Positions 38,011-51,639 of a DNA stretch of 64,000 nucleotides are shown here, piece by piece. Location of the stretch: contig NC_043000.1 of assembly GCF_006345805.1 (NCBI RefSeq), positions 54,932,001-54,996,000 of the forward strand. Direction: 5' to 3'. The translations under genes and the position numbers were made by a program. Each line of letters starts with the position of its first letter. Within the stretch, counting starts at the first letter, position 1. The notes below the pieces were generated by a model. It worked only from the letters and a program-made list of their open reading frames with translations. It ran no database searches and had not been told where the DNA came from. Origin of the DNA: Octopus sinensis (taxonomy: Eukaryota).

Positions 38011-40325
38011 GCAAAAGAGAGTTTCTTTGTATTGTAACACAGAAGAGAGATATATTCTCTATTTCTCCTTTGTGGATTGGATATAATTCTGCTTGCCAAG
38101 GTATTGTTATTGTCAATATATTTATGTCTCCGATTCTGGCCTGAAAAGTATCACTCCTTATACGGTAAATTTTCTGAAACCGAGTTAACGGTGAGTGCTA
38201 ATGATATAGATGTACACTTTTGTACTATGTACATATACACAGACACATACATTGTGTGTGTGTGAGTGTGTATGCATGTGTGCGTGTGTTTGTATGCGAG
38301 CATGCGTGTGTGTTTGTATGTATGTGTGTGGGTATACATGTGCGTATGTATGTGTACGCGCGCACACTCAATTTCAAGGTCTATAGTGTTCTTTCATAAC
38401 ACAGTGGTTGAGTAACCCGGAAGCATATTCTGTAGAAGAACTATAGATATGTAAGAACTGCTAATTATAAAAGCTGTTAAAATTGATGCCAGAGTTTCCC
38501 GGGGCATCACATAAAGTGTGTTTTGAAACCCCTACTTTACTAGTTTGCCATTCATCTAGTTGGTTACTGGAATAGCCTCTGTGTTAAATGCTCTGTTCTA
38601 AGTTTCGGTAATAGCTCTTATTTCCGATATCTTAGACTAATTATTTCTACTATTATAACAGCATACTAATCGATGATTGATTAAAAACAATAATATTCAT
38701 TCAACAAGAAATAAATGTATTTGATTTGACACTGAGAGCAAACTACGAATATTGTTTTTATTTTATCAGCAATAATCGTCTACTGTAAAATAGGTTACAT
38801 ATTTATGATAAATTTGAAATAAAATAAGAAATACGAATAAACGAATTCAAAAAGGGAGACGTTGATAATAAAATGCTTTATAACTTTAATCTGGTGCCAG
38901 ACTATGTTGGTCAATGCTTCTATTTTCAAAAGCATATTACATATTAGATGTGTCCTATAGTAGAAGTAAATGAGGCTAAGAAATAGCTGTAAAAATCAAT
39001 TAGGAAAATTTATAAAAACAAAGCTAGACATAAAATTAAAGACAAATCTAATGAGTTGAATGCGTAGTGAAACTTGAACTACCAAGAATCCAGCTTCGTG
39101 GATTTACTTGTGTTCTGCAGTGACTTTCATTACCATTTAATATGATATTCGGTTTTCGTTTAAATTAAGCTTTTTTTTCAGTTGTTGAAAATGCATATAC
39201 TGTCTCAAGGTTAAAACACTAGAATTTCTTTAGTGTACAGCAGGAAATATTACATTGTATCCCTAACAATGTCTGTATGTTTAAATTCCATATCCATTTT
39301 GGTGTCATGCGACAAGCAATGCTTCTAGTATATACAGAGTAAATAATAACCAAATTGTAATCATTTTAGATACACAAGCTGTATATTCTATTTGCTGGGT
39401 ATTTCATTAACCTTCTGTTAAATAATTAAATACTTAAATGTAACAAATTCTGTGTTGAAAAACTATTAATCGCTTCCTGGTTATTCAACCATTGCAGCAA
39501 GTATTAATTTATATCACATTTATGCTGTCAGTACTATGAAATATCTCGTGATTTCAGCTAATAGATTTCCTATACAAGAGCATTTTAAAAAATATTGAAT
39601 CCGATGTTCACCGGATTCAAAATTCAATTTAAGCTATTCGTCCATCCCTTCTCCGTCTTTTATTCATTAAATGTAGAATGAACTTTGGCTTGCTATCAGT
39701 CAAAGTGTCAATAATTTCTCAGTAATTAAGGCAGAATCTTAATTAAATACATGTCTACAAGCTGATCTTTACACAGCCATTAGATTGGGCTAATGAAATT
39801 AACGCCTATCTATACAAATTGTCGTCATATAAAATATTTCAAAGATTACGAAATATCACTTTAAACATCATATGCAATATCTTATAGTGAGTTTTCCCAA
39901 GTGTTCCGTTGTAAGCAATTAATACATATCTTATTATATATGTATACATACATACAGACACACATATTTACTGCATATATATATATGAATATATATATGT
40001 GTATATATATATATATATATTTGTGTGTATATATAAATATAAATATATATGCATGTATGTATATGTATATATATATGTGTGTGTGAATATGCGTTATATA
40101 TAATATATTTTGTATATGTATATGTATGTATATACGTATAATGAGTACATAGTTCCAAAATAAGGTGGAGAAAATAGAGTTATAGAGTTATAACGCTGTA
40201 TTGAAACGCAACTGTTTTATAAACTTTTCGTTGCTGCAAGATTGACGCAGCATATCATTTAACTTAAGTGACCTTTTCTAACAAACAATGGATGTAAACA
40301 TAAATATTTCAGTGATAATTTACTA
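38010..40325 (+). pseudogene. Decayed LRR cassettes with two LRR-CT/LRR-NT junctions, interrupted by microsatellites
   Basis: SGLKSIT, IKNNNIHS, SKLRILFL/ISNNRL, ILDVSY, QLRG/DF cap, KCIYC...CTAGN/LHCIPNN, IKYLNVTNS, MKYLVISANRF, VEKIEL*SYNAVLKRNCFINFSLLQ (40165). Confidence 0.7.
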
Positions 40326-40327
40326 GG

Positions 40328-40668
40328 TATATCATAGCTCAGTGGTCAGAGCGTCGAGCTTACGATCGTGAGGTTGTGAGCTCGAATCCCGGACCGGGCT
40401 GCGTGTTGTGTTCTCGAGCAAGGCACTTTATTTCACGTTGCTCCAGTTCACTCAGCTGTAGAAATGAGTTGCGACGTCACAGGTGCCAATCTGTATCGGC
40501 CATTGCTTTTCCCTTGGATAACACTGATGGCGTGGAGAGGGGAGGCTGGTATGCATGGGCGACTGCTAGCCTTCCATAAACAACCTTGCCCGGACTTGTG
40601 TCTAGGAGGGTAACTTTCTAGGTGCAATCCCATGGTCATTCATGACCGAAGGGGGTCTTTACCCTTTA
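40328..40668 (+). mobile_element. Third tRNA-derived SINE family (C)
   Basis: tagctcagtggtcagagcg A box, gctcgaatccc B box, gagcaaggcacttt core, tail ctttacccttt. Confidence 0.8.
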
Positions 40669-40726
40669 TATCATCAAAAGTATGTTTAAAAGACTAGCCC
40701 CCTCCTCAGTGTATGTGTGTGGTTGT

Positions 40727-40821
40727 GTGTGTGTGTGCATAGCTGTGAGCGTGTGTGTGTGTGTGCATAGCTGTGAGCGTGTGTGTGTGTGTGCATAGCT
40801 GTGAGCGTGTGTGTGCATAGC

Positions 40822-40853
<32 letters not shown>
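40727..40853. repeat. Minisatellite gtgtgcatagctgtgagc+(GT)n, about 4 units
   Basis: Directly visible. Confidence 0.85.
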
Positions 40854-40854
<1 letters not shown>

Positions 40855-40858
<4 letters not shown>

Positions 40859-41800
40859 GTTGAATCAAACACAATACCTCAGCAAAGTATATATTCCGAA
40901 AAAACCTTTCCAGAAATTAAAGAAAACTAAATTTAAAAACTATTAATAAGTTTGTCATATTAAAAAGAGCATGCGAAAGTGATTTTGTGTAAGATAAAGA
41001 GAAAGAAGAGAAATTGGAAAGGTAAAGATAATGCTATAACATGAGATGGGAACAAAGCCGTTAAACATACCATTAGCTACATTACTAGCTCTTCTTCTAT
41101 ACACACGCGCGTATTCGCATGTGATGTAGCACGAGTTTGTTGAACCGACGAGAAAGTATTCATACTCATTATATAGAGCAATAATCTAGGAAGCCCTGTT
41201 TTGGTACTAGAGTGCAATGCTGGAAAGAACAACAAAAAAAAAAGCGAAACGTGAACAGAAAAATTGAAGCGGGCATATAAAATGTGAAAAGAGCAAAACG
41301 AATAATTCAATAAAATGTTCAAGTGGGGACTGTAGTATAAATAAAAAGCAAAGATTCTAAGCATAACATCTAAGCATGGGTAAAAGCAAAAGTTTTTAAA
41401 ATGTACAGAATTTTCGTATAAGAGCTAAATGCACAGGTTTCAAGGAACGAAGACACAAAAGAATACATCCAACTCCTATAAAGTATTGGTAATAAAACCA
41501 GTGATAATTTGCTTTAGAATGGAATTATAAAACTCATTAGTCATTCGGTAGGACACTCGAATGAATTATTTCGAAGTCTGTTCGCCAAAGTTCGATAATT
41601 CTGATTTTCGGTTCAAAACCAATTTGTCCTGAAAGAGGACATAAAAATAATGTGCGTTTCATATTATCGCCACGAAGATAGTTTTGGCTAGGCTTACATC
41701 GTGCTAAGCAATATATCTACCTCAGAGCGCGGTAGATTATTATACATACGAAATGCTTTGAGTTCTTCATTTTGCTCAACCTATCAACTGGCGACCAGTA
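40855..41800 (+). pseudogene. Decayed LRR remnant
   Basis: YIPKKPFQKLKK, KLER*R*CYN, KSF*NVQNFRI, ELFRSL..KVR*F*FSVQNQF, LLNLS. Confidence 0.6.
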
Positions 41801-41833
41801 CATTGTATATATATATATATATATGCATATATG

Positions 41834-42680
41834 GGTAGAGTACGAAAACAAATGGGTTAAATACGTAAACAACAAGAGAAAAAATGGAAAACAGGACAAG
41901 TAACACAAAAGTAACACAAAGAATAACCCTTCATCAGTTGTCGGCTGTCTACTCCTCTACTTCTGATTGCAAGTATTCACCGACAATATGAGTCTTCGAA
42001 GATAGTTGCTCCCATAAATTCCGAGATAAACTTTTGGATTTGTGGACGGTGAAAATTGAGAAAAACAACATAATAGTGGAGACATACAAGGAAGCCAAAC
42101 GAAAAGGGACATGGAGGGTCGTTAGACCAGAATGAGGGGAAGATAGCGAACCCTGAGAGAAATATTTTCTTTGAAAAAAGAAAAGATAGAAGAGAGAGAT
42201 AGAAGACATCCAGTCCTTAAGACGTCGTGGAGGAAAAGAAAGATGGACGATAGTCACATGTGAGTAACAAAAGAGAGAAAAAGAGAAAAAAAGGAGAGAG
42301 AGAGACAGATAGAAAATGATGAAGGGGAGAAAAGGAAATTTGAGAAGGATGGGGAGAAAACAGTATAGAGTAGAGTCGCAACAAAAAGATTAAGACAATT
42401 ATTTTTGCAAATGAATGCGTGGCGTTCAATTAAATAATGATATAAATAATGTATATATATATGCATAAATAGGTACAGGACGTCACCAACAGTAAGCAAC
42501 TTGAAGTACGAAAACAAATGAGTTAAATACGCAAACAACGAGAGAAAGGAAAGGAAAGCAGGTCTAGAACCACAAAGAACAGCCCTTCACCATTTGTCGG
42601 CTGTCTATCTACTCCTCATTTCGAGCATTCAACAACAATATGAGTCCTCAAAGACAATTGCTCCCATAAATACCAAAATA
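41834..42680 (-). mobile_element. Element with ~180-bp direct terminal repeats (Penelope pLTR-like)
   Basis: ~41838-42022 is repeated at ~42505-42675; CTGATGA on the - strand in the first copy. Confidence 0.55.
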
Positions 42681-44935
42681 ATATACACTTCTCTATGTAG
42701 TATAATCATACATATATACGATTTTATTACACAGGGAATTGTATATTTCATTGTAAAATTTCTTTTCCACGGTGACGTTTCTAATGCCACAGCGAAATTA
42801 TCAAAGTGAAAAATCTACATTTTCACTTCATTAAACGTTTTAGATTTCATTAATTTAAGGGGTCAGCTTGGTTAGAATAACTACAAAACAAGTATAGATG
42901 CTTTGCGTAATCTTTTCTGGAATATATTGTAACTTTGAGCATTATAGCACCGATGAAGTATATGATAGTAATATTCTTAGGTCGAGTCAATCGATTAAAC
43001 ATCATTCCATTAAAAGGGTTGATCTAGTTGAGAAAGTAATTATTTTATATTCACGGTATCAATCTACAATATACTCGACATATCTCCTTCTGTATATTGA
43101 TTATCAAGTTAGTTACTGGATTCTTATAGCTCCCGTATCCAAGAAAAATAATTAAATTATTAGATAAAGCACTATGAGAGTAAACGAATAATGCTGATTG
43201 ATTGATAACAATATATTTCATACATTGATGCAGAGATAAACCTAGCTGCCATTAGGCACTTTTGACTCTCCAGTAATAGGTGATTGCGTTTAGTTAATGT
43301 TTCCTTTGATCTGCCGAAGATTAGTAATTCATAGAAATATTTGAGTGGAAACAAACTAAATTAGTCCGACTAGGAAGGACAGCATAATGTTTGATTAGTC
43401 ACTTAGGTAAGAAGATATATATTAATTGGAACGACAGACATATTCGAAATATGTTGCCTATATCATAGTGGGACTTGCGCGCGAATGAGATGTGATTAAA
43501 CAAGAAACGACTACATTGTCGGAATTATATTGACGCTAGCTGATTCATCTGACGAGATATCGAAGTGTTTAGATACGTTAATGATCTTTCAAGCATGTAG
43601 ATGGTTATTGATTACGGACGATACTAGCATTTGGTGCACGAACAAAGATATAGCAACTAATATAATAAAATTAAGCATTGCATTTTTGATGGTCAAGGCA
43701 ACTAAGGTTATATTGTGAGAATATCAAACGCTTAATGTCCTTTGGAAATATATATGTTAACATTAACTTAACTAAGGTTTTTCACACAGAAAACGTAAAA
43801 GCGTCATATTTTGTCTATGTTTATTTTTCCACACCGAAAGTACTGAATTATATTTAGTGATTCTTCTAGGACTATTAATACAATAAAATGTATGCTTTCA
43901 TGATGATATAATTAGCCAAAAATATGCCCGGTGTCTCACTTATTTTCTGTGTTTCGTTCATTATATAATGTAGATGAAATATTTTCATTTGAAGATATCT
44001 TATTTATATTATGTAATTTTACAGTAAAAGAAAGCATATACAGCTCTTGTATGTACATGTAAAGAAAGATAGTTAAAACATTTGAAATTAGGCTCCTCTT
44101 AAAATGTGTGTGACATATACACACACAACCCAGCTGGCACTAATTCCGTTAAGGATAACCTTATCTTTATGGACAACTGTCGTAACCGCTATGAACATTA
44201 TTTTTCTATATAACGGACAATATACTGAAGTAAAACCATTTACAGCTACGTCGCACTTTATAAGCTATTAGTATGTTGATATTCGTATGGCCGAAAGCAA
44301 CTTACATCATCCTTAATCAATTCACTTTATAGAGTACATGATTTAGGAATAAAAGATATTTAAAAATACCCACAAAGTGAAGAAGAGCACTATATTAAAT
44401 AAAGAATTACCAACTTTCCAAATGTAAATTGTTTAAGAATCGAAGGGTGAAGGTTAGATAATATTCTAAACTTCCTGATGATATACAAAATTGTCCAAAT
44501 ATATCAATGAATGTTTTACAATAGAATGTTTATGTGTTAAATAAAGGATGATATTATACCGTAAGGTACCTGCAAATGAAACCTTTCTCTCTAAGCCTTT
44601 TTCGCACTTAAATGAGGGCTTCATTTATATTGATGCAACTGAAATATTTCTCCATTGAATATGTCGCTATATCTGATCCTGTGAGCCTGGCAATATTAGC
44701 CAGTTATCGAAGCTCTCCTCTGCAATCGAAGCAACAATTGACTGTCTTTCAACTGAAGAAACCAACAAACCGGATTATATATGTTAGGGCCTTTCTTTCG
44801 ATGCAACAATAATGTAGCTAATTTGCTTATCGACTCGAAAAAATTGGAATTCAACTAGGAGTCGAACAAACACCACGGGAATGTTTTTTTAAACTTCACT
44901 TCAACAACTGTTAACCCAAATCAATATACACGCTT
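42680..44935 (+). pseudogene. Decayed LRR remnant
   Basis: LNVLDF, SIKRVDL, IDNN/ISYIDAEINLAAIRHF*LSSNR (43215), YLSGNKL (43341), TVRYLQM, FSHLN..IYID, QLTVFQL..TNRII. Confidence 0.7.
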
Positions 44936-44960
44936 ATATATATACATATATATGTACAAG

Positions 44961-44995
<35 letters not shown>

Positions 44996-45004
44996 TATAA
45001 AATC

Positions 45005-45403
45005 TATTTACTTGTCTCATTAATTAGAATATGGACATGCTGGGATACTGCCTTGAAGAATTTTACTCCAACGAATCGACACCAGTACTTAGTGAAAGCC
45101 TGATACTTATTATACCGAACTTGTTTGACGAAGAGTTAAGTTGTGCGTACGTAAACACATAAACACAATACCAGTTGTCAAGTGGTGGTGTGAGACAGAC
45201 AAACAGAGAAAAACACACACATGCATAGATATATACTGATATTTAAATGATATATATTTGTGTGTGTATGTGCGTATGTGTGCGTGTGTGTACCTGTTTG
45301 AGTGCGTGTGTGTGTGTGTACATATATAACGAGCTTCGTTAAGTTTTCGTCTGCCAAATCCACTCATAAGGCTTTGGTCAGTCTGACGCTATAGTAGAAG
45401 ACA
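45005..45403 (-). mobile_element. Family A SINE, degraded
   Basis: ccaaatccactcataaggctttggtc core and tail remnants. Confidence 0.75.
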
Positions 45404-45429
45404 TACGTATACACACGAAAGTATGTATA

Positions 45430-45691
45430 TGACGTATATACATTCTTCGGAATGTATTCATTATATATTCTTACATTTACTTAAAGTTTACAAAACAATA
45501 TTTCATAACCTTTATAAATATATACTTTAACTTCTTACGAGGAATTTCTGAATTTAAAAAATGCGAGAACAATGCTTGGTTTTTCTTTGGTGATAACATT
45601 CATTATAAATTCTATTTCTCTGTGTCACTATTGAAATGAGCTTCGCTTGCATACAACTTTCTTTCTTTCTGCCTTCTCCCTATTTCTTTCT

Positions 45692-45723
<32 letters not shown>

Positions 45724-47901
45724 GTCTCCTTTTTTCTTGAACTCTATCTCTTTCTTTTGGTTCACGTACATAATGTAATTAGGACTATGGCATTCATTGT
45801 CTTTACTCAAGTTGTCATAACCTTGCATTAATCTTTTATAAGCAAAGGAAACATCGAAGCACTTGAAATAATTTCTGTTCTTGCAACAACTGTTGTTGAA
45901 TGAATGAATTGATAATTCGTCTTCTTTTAAGATTGATGGTGAAGTCAGCCCTGACATTGTAAGCTTCGATTAACCGATAACCTTGCGAAATTACCGAAGT
46001 GACAATACTACTTAAAGTATTCAATCACTCACTCGAGGAAAACTTTCAGACAACAATACCAATGCTATCAATCCGTCAAGAAATGAAAAAAAAAGAATGT
46101 CAGTTTTGCACAGACACTTCCTTTCAAATTATGTTTTTACTTTGTTTGTCACTCGTACTAATCTCATTTTAGCAAGACCGGAAGACATACTAAAAATTCC
46201 ATGGGCGGACAGTGATCGATACTTTACTCCAAAAGAGACACATCGCTTGATATGTTTGAGAAATATAAAGAATTAAAGTTTGTTTCACTATAATTGCTAC
46301 TATGTTTGCTATAAATTGGATTATCTTGTCGAACTCATGTTTAAGTGAATGTTCTTGCTAACAATGGTACTAATTTTGGTAGAGAAATCTTGATATGCAG
46401 AATGTTCTAAATGTACAAGAGAAATGACATCAAACGATACATGCTACACTTGTTTGGTATAGAATATTTTAAAATGTAAATTTTATATTTAGTAATATAT
46501 AAAGCGTGCACAACTACAGTTTTCAAAAATATTATACCATTGAGAGAAACTCTTATTTTGAAAAATACAGGTGTATTGCAGGATTTGAATAAACTTCAGA
46601 CAAATTATGCTATCTTAACTTAAAAAGGAGAGGGCACGATTTAATACGGGGGTTGGCTTCAATACATAAAAATATTTGAATAAGATGAATTAGCGCTTTT
46701 ATATTTTTGTTTTAGATAAATGTCCAAAGGAAGTAAGGTATTTCTACAATTTAATATGAATGATACAAAAATAGTATAATTTCTACAATATTTCATTTCT
46801 ATATCTAGGAATAATTTGTACAGAGAAAATTGTTTTACCTATTATTCCTGCAGCCATATATGTATACAGGCATTTCTCATACAAATGCAAAAACATATTT
46901 ATAGATATCATCATATTAATGTTTATATATTTATTTATGCATGTATTATTATCTCTGTCATATGTGTGTTTATCTGTGTGCATGCGTGTGAGTGAGTATA
47001 TTTATATATACATATTTGCATACATACATACATACATGCACCCATACTCAGAGATATGTATGCATGTATGAATACATATGTGCATATATATATAATATGT
47101 ATATACTGGAAAGCCAACTGCAGTCATGTTAAAAGTTATTTATATTTAGCTGGGGGGGCACATAGAACTATATGGTGCGGAATTGCTAGAAAGTTCATAT
47201 CTTCCTACTCACACCTGTTATTACCTAAAGGATACCTAAAACACACCAGCAGTTCACGGGGCTAATGACATTACTAAACACAAGTGACCCAGTGGAAAAC
47301 AAAACTTGACATCAACAACATGCATCACCATAATGGAAAATTAACTACGATAATAAAATGTAAGCGGAATAAGTTAATACCTCGCTAATTACGTATTATA
47401 CAAAATAAATTGTACTGAAACATTTCACCTCAACTATTGATCGAAATCGAATTAATTTAAAGCATGAACTCAAGATGGTGAGTGAGAAACTACCGGATCG
47501 TAGGAAAATACCCGATCATGCAGTAAGATTGCATCCTGTTCACAGATTTTATACCCGGACACAGAGTAGACATCATACAGATAAAAGAACACCTTTTCAC
47601 GAAGAGTTTGAGTAATTCTGGTTTAGTATCAGGAATGAAAACACAAATGGCACCCCAAATGATGTGAGACTAAATACAATTGAGAAAGAATACTATGACA
47701 AAATTGACAGTAAAATACGCACACCACTCTGAAAGTTTCATTATAGCTCTAGGCAGAATATGTAATGGAAAGGCACTTGGTAGAAACTTGGATACCTTAG
47801 GGCTATTGTAAAAATTGGATAGTGGTACAATAGTCTTACATCCTAATGAAGGAGATTACTATGCATATTGAAAAGAATTATGCAAGGCCAGTTTGATATA
47901 A
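45430..47901 (+). pseudogene. Toll-like receptor pseudogene, C-terminal portion: LRRs, LRR-CT, TIR
   Basis: LRRs KLSDNNTNAIN, ETLILKNTG, LNKLQT; cap YLYLAGG...TPAVHG (~47135-47270); TIR box 2 CILFTDFIPG (47530-47559) and box 3 Y*(W)KELCKA (47866) in the same frame, 107 codons apart, stop at 47901. Confidence 0.72.
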
Positions 47902-48185
47902 AAATTTCGCTTGCACTAGCTCGAGCGAATCTTGTATTCAAGAAATAAACCACTGAATTGGTAAAAGCAAATTATAAACTCGTTGATAGCCTAAACTATA
48001 TGTACAAGTTTTACACAAACTGTTTCCTCCAGGATTATTGTGAGCCCAACAAAATAGTGTCTGATGAGAAGGGGTAGGTAGAAAAACACGAGTGTGGGGA
48101 TGTACTGAACATGCATATTTGTATATATATATGTTTGTGTGTGTGTGTGTGTATACGTATATAGATAGATAGATCCAAATATATA

Positions 48186-49227
48186 CAGGCTGCGGTGGGT
48201 AAATTGTCGCCATTTTATATTCTTAATATTGCGCATGCGCATTGTATGTTTTTAATTTCGTCGAGAAAACGTTGGGTACCATCTGTGAGAAAACCAGCAC
48301 TATAACGCAATTCGCTCTGCCAGAAATTTGGATTCGCGCGGGAAGTTCCAGTACCAACATTTAAAGTGTTTGGGTGTCGATCTGAGGACAGTGCAGATGA
48401 TTGACAACCATTCATCCAAGTCAATCAGGTCCCCCGCCAGGGCCATGGGAATTTCTGTGTTTCCTATCAGGCAGGTGGAACATGAAGACATTTGGTATTC
48501 CTCACACAAGATGAGAAAGGAACAATTTTTATCCCAAGAGGAAAGACCATGCTACGAAGCTTTTGAACAAGCCCAAGCTTTCTCTCCAACCGAAAATGCT
48601 TTGATTCTTCTCAGACGCCAAACATTTCTGCCTGGATCAGATGGTGAACACACAGAACAGCAGTTGGCTTGACCGTCTGTCAAAAACATATAAGGGGAGT
48701 GACAAAAATCAAACATCGAGTGAACATCATGGTATTTGCAGTGATCACTAGTGATGGTGACGTTATGCCTGCATTCATCTTCTCACCCGGCCTCAGACAC
48801 AAAACGGAGGCCAACATCAAGTGCCTGGAGGAGGTAATGCTGCCCTGAGTCAAGAAGGTGACGGTTAGAAGGCCATATATCTAGCAACAGTATTCTGTAC
48901 CATGCCACATAAGCAGGAGAACACAGCCATGGATGTCAGACAATTTCTGCAATGACATCACCCTTAACATCCGGACACATAACTCCCGAGATTCGAACGC
49001 CCTTGATTAAAAACTCCTTGTAGTACCAAAGATAAACTGAAGGCAAGGAATATGGCAGCATTCACCAACAAAAGAGCTGCAGGAGGTTCCGAAGTCGTCT
49101 GGATGTCGTGGTTGACTACTTTAAGATACTTTTTATGTAATTTTGGTAAATGTATCTGTTAAAATGAGACGTCAGTGTTATTTTCCTTTTTGCGCACTTT
49201 AGACGACAATTTATTCACCACTCCCTG
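48186..49227 (+). mobile_element. Tc1/mariner (maT/DD37D-like) transposon, decayed
   Basis: TIRs caggctgcggtgggtaaattgtcgcc / gacgacaatttattcaccactccctg; remnants IMVFAVITSDG, QQYSVPCH, NSRDSNALD. Confidence 0.85.
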
Positions 49228-49301
49228 TGTGTGTGTATTTTTGTTTATATATATATATATACACAAACATATAAGCATACATACATACCTAATTCAACTG
49301 A

Positions 49302-49462
<161 letters not shown>

Positions 49463-49463
49463 G

Positions 49464-51638
49464 CAGGACTGGTTTAAAGGTCACCGTCACGTGACGATTT
49501 GCGTTGTTTGGGGTACCCTTACACAGAAATTAAAATCCATGAAAAATCACCAAAGTTACATCTCAAAATATGCCTTTTACATGAAATTGACCTGTTAACA
49601 TGTAGAAAGTTAAAATGCTTCTTTCAATGCAAAGTATTATCTTCGAAACTAAGTACAACAAATTTTACCGATTTAATGCACTATAACATTTATCCAATAG
49701 ATACATAAAGACTTCCTATCAGAAAAATCTATACTAATTTCTGTGAACTGTATTGTCGTTAGAACAATGATTAGTCTTTCTTACGTCCCAACTTACTAAA
49801 TGCCTCTCTCCTGAACCTCTAATGACCATCAAACTGAAATATATTCCAAGTGTAACATTAACAGGTGTAAAGTTTTCAGCAGGCCCTTCATTATAGATTA
49901 AACATGCCTGTTGATATTGGTTGAAATATGACGCGCGCTTACGAAAGGTTGCGCACCACACAATTTCTTCTTTGAAGACATGACGTAAATCACAAGGGAA
50001 AGTGGCAGTCAGTTTCTCAGTTTCTATTCTTATCTCTACATTAAATAAAGTACATAAGTTTACTATAAATTTGAACTTGACATGCACTGATTGATAAGCT
50101 GGTTTGTGATTTGTAAAGTTACAAGCAACTGACCTCAACTTATATTGAAAGTCCTGCAATCGAATTTTTCTCTTACAGAAAGAACAACTTCCTCTGAGTT
50201 TGATGCTAGATTTACATCATGTTTGGTTTTCTTCCTTGGTCTATTTGTCGTTTCTTTATTGACTGTTTCCACATAATTTTCCCGGCATCAAATTCCAACT
50301 CTTCATACTCGTGCCGATGGGATTTCAGTAAGTTTTCAATGAATCAGATTCACCACCTTATTCAAATTAACAATTCGTGGAAACGTCTATTTTTACCGTT
50401 ATGTCGTTGTTTAAAATTGTAGCTCATAGGCATTAGAGTAGTGTCAAGACAGTTGATTTTGTCTGCCAATATCTGCGCCTTATATCTTGCTTAAGGTGTT
50501 TCTTCTAAATCATCTTCAACATCTGTTAATATATTTCGAAAGGAACTGTTTATTTCACGGATCCTTGTAAACGTCAAATGATCATGTAACGATATTTGAA
50601 CTTAGAATTCTACTTTCGCTTTTGTTAATAAAAGTAGTGTCTGCAAATGTAACGGTTTTGTGAGTGAAGAGGGTATTTCGTGTTGCAATTACGATATGTT
50701 GGTGTTAGTAATGGCCTTGAGTTTATTTTTGCTTCGATATTGTTTTCCGCTTTTCTTAAAAGTTCACTTATTTATTACCAGAAACTCTTAGCAATAGACA
50801 TCCGCTGAAATAACAACTAATGCTCAAAAAAGATAACTGAAATTTAGTGGCCATAGACAAATTGAAAAATCAAATTGAGAAATAGCAGAGGCAACAGTGA
50901 CAGATACTAAATCACTATCATCAGTGAATTTTTTGGTGAACGTAACATGAAAATAAAAATAGCAAATTGGTAGTCTGACGATGACAAAATATATTGAAAA
51001 AGAGAGTAAAGGATTAGTTTTAACGATAAACAAAAAATAAATTGCACAAATCATATTCCAAATTAGAAAGAAAGAAAATCAGTTTTTATCTGAGAAGAGG
51101 TATTACGCGAAAGAGAAAATTGTGAGTAAATTGTAAATTCTAAAAGGGTAAATTAAAAATTAAAGTTTTGGATGCCAAAAATTTTTTCGTAAATATGACC
51201 AGCCTAGCAAATTAACAGAATAATAACTTTACGGTGTAGCAATATATATGAGTGCGTGTTTACTTGTACGTGCGTGTGTGTACGTGTATGTGTTTTAATC
51301 TCAAGTACAAAACCATGAAATTGACGGGTCATCGTAGGGTCAAACAATTTATATATGTCTATAGACATACATAAAAGTAAGGAAAACTTCCATTTTTATT
51401 ACTTATATTTTTCGCTATTTTCCAGATCTGCTCGTTTTATGGACAAGGGTTGAGTATTGGTTTTGCTAATGGGAAAAAAGTATTTTTTATGTATTTATAA
51501 AGATTTGTTAAAATAGATTTTTTAAGGGAGTTAATTGGGGAAGGCCCTCTATATGCAAGCTCTCTGAGGAGGATGGGTCCCCTAATATTTGGAGCTTGAG
51601 TTGCTCTTTCTGCTACCCTATAAATCCGCCTAAAACTG
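49464..51638 (-). mobile_element. hAT (Tip100-like) transposon, decayed
   Basis: Termini caggactgg... / ...taaatccgcc; reverse-strand transposase remnants including the dimerisation motif MVIRGSGER (ORF 49734-50159). Confidence 0.7.
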
Positions 51639-51639
51639 T

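Noticed and set aside
40328-40400. tRNA gene
   Set aside because: The A/B boxes run into a SINE body and tail, with no convincing acceptor stem; the same applies to the other SINE heads.
40727-40853. CRISPR-like repeat-spacer array
   Set aside because: The spacers are only variable GT runs, the context is eukaryotic, and there are no cas genes.
47530-47901. Rescue of TLR stops by cephalopod A-to-I editing (TGA/TAG to Trp)
   Set aside because: A few stops do sit at Trp positions, but abundant frameshifts, other stops and TE insertions cannot be repaired by editing; ordinary decay is simpler.
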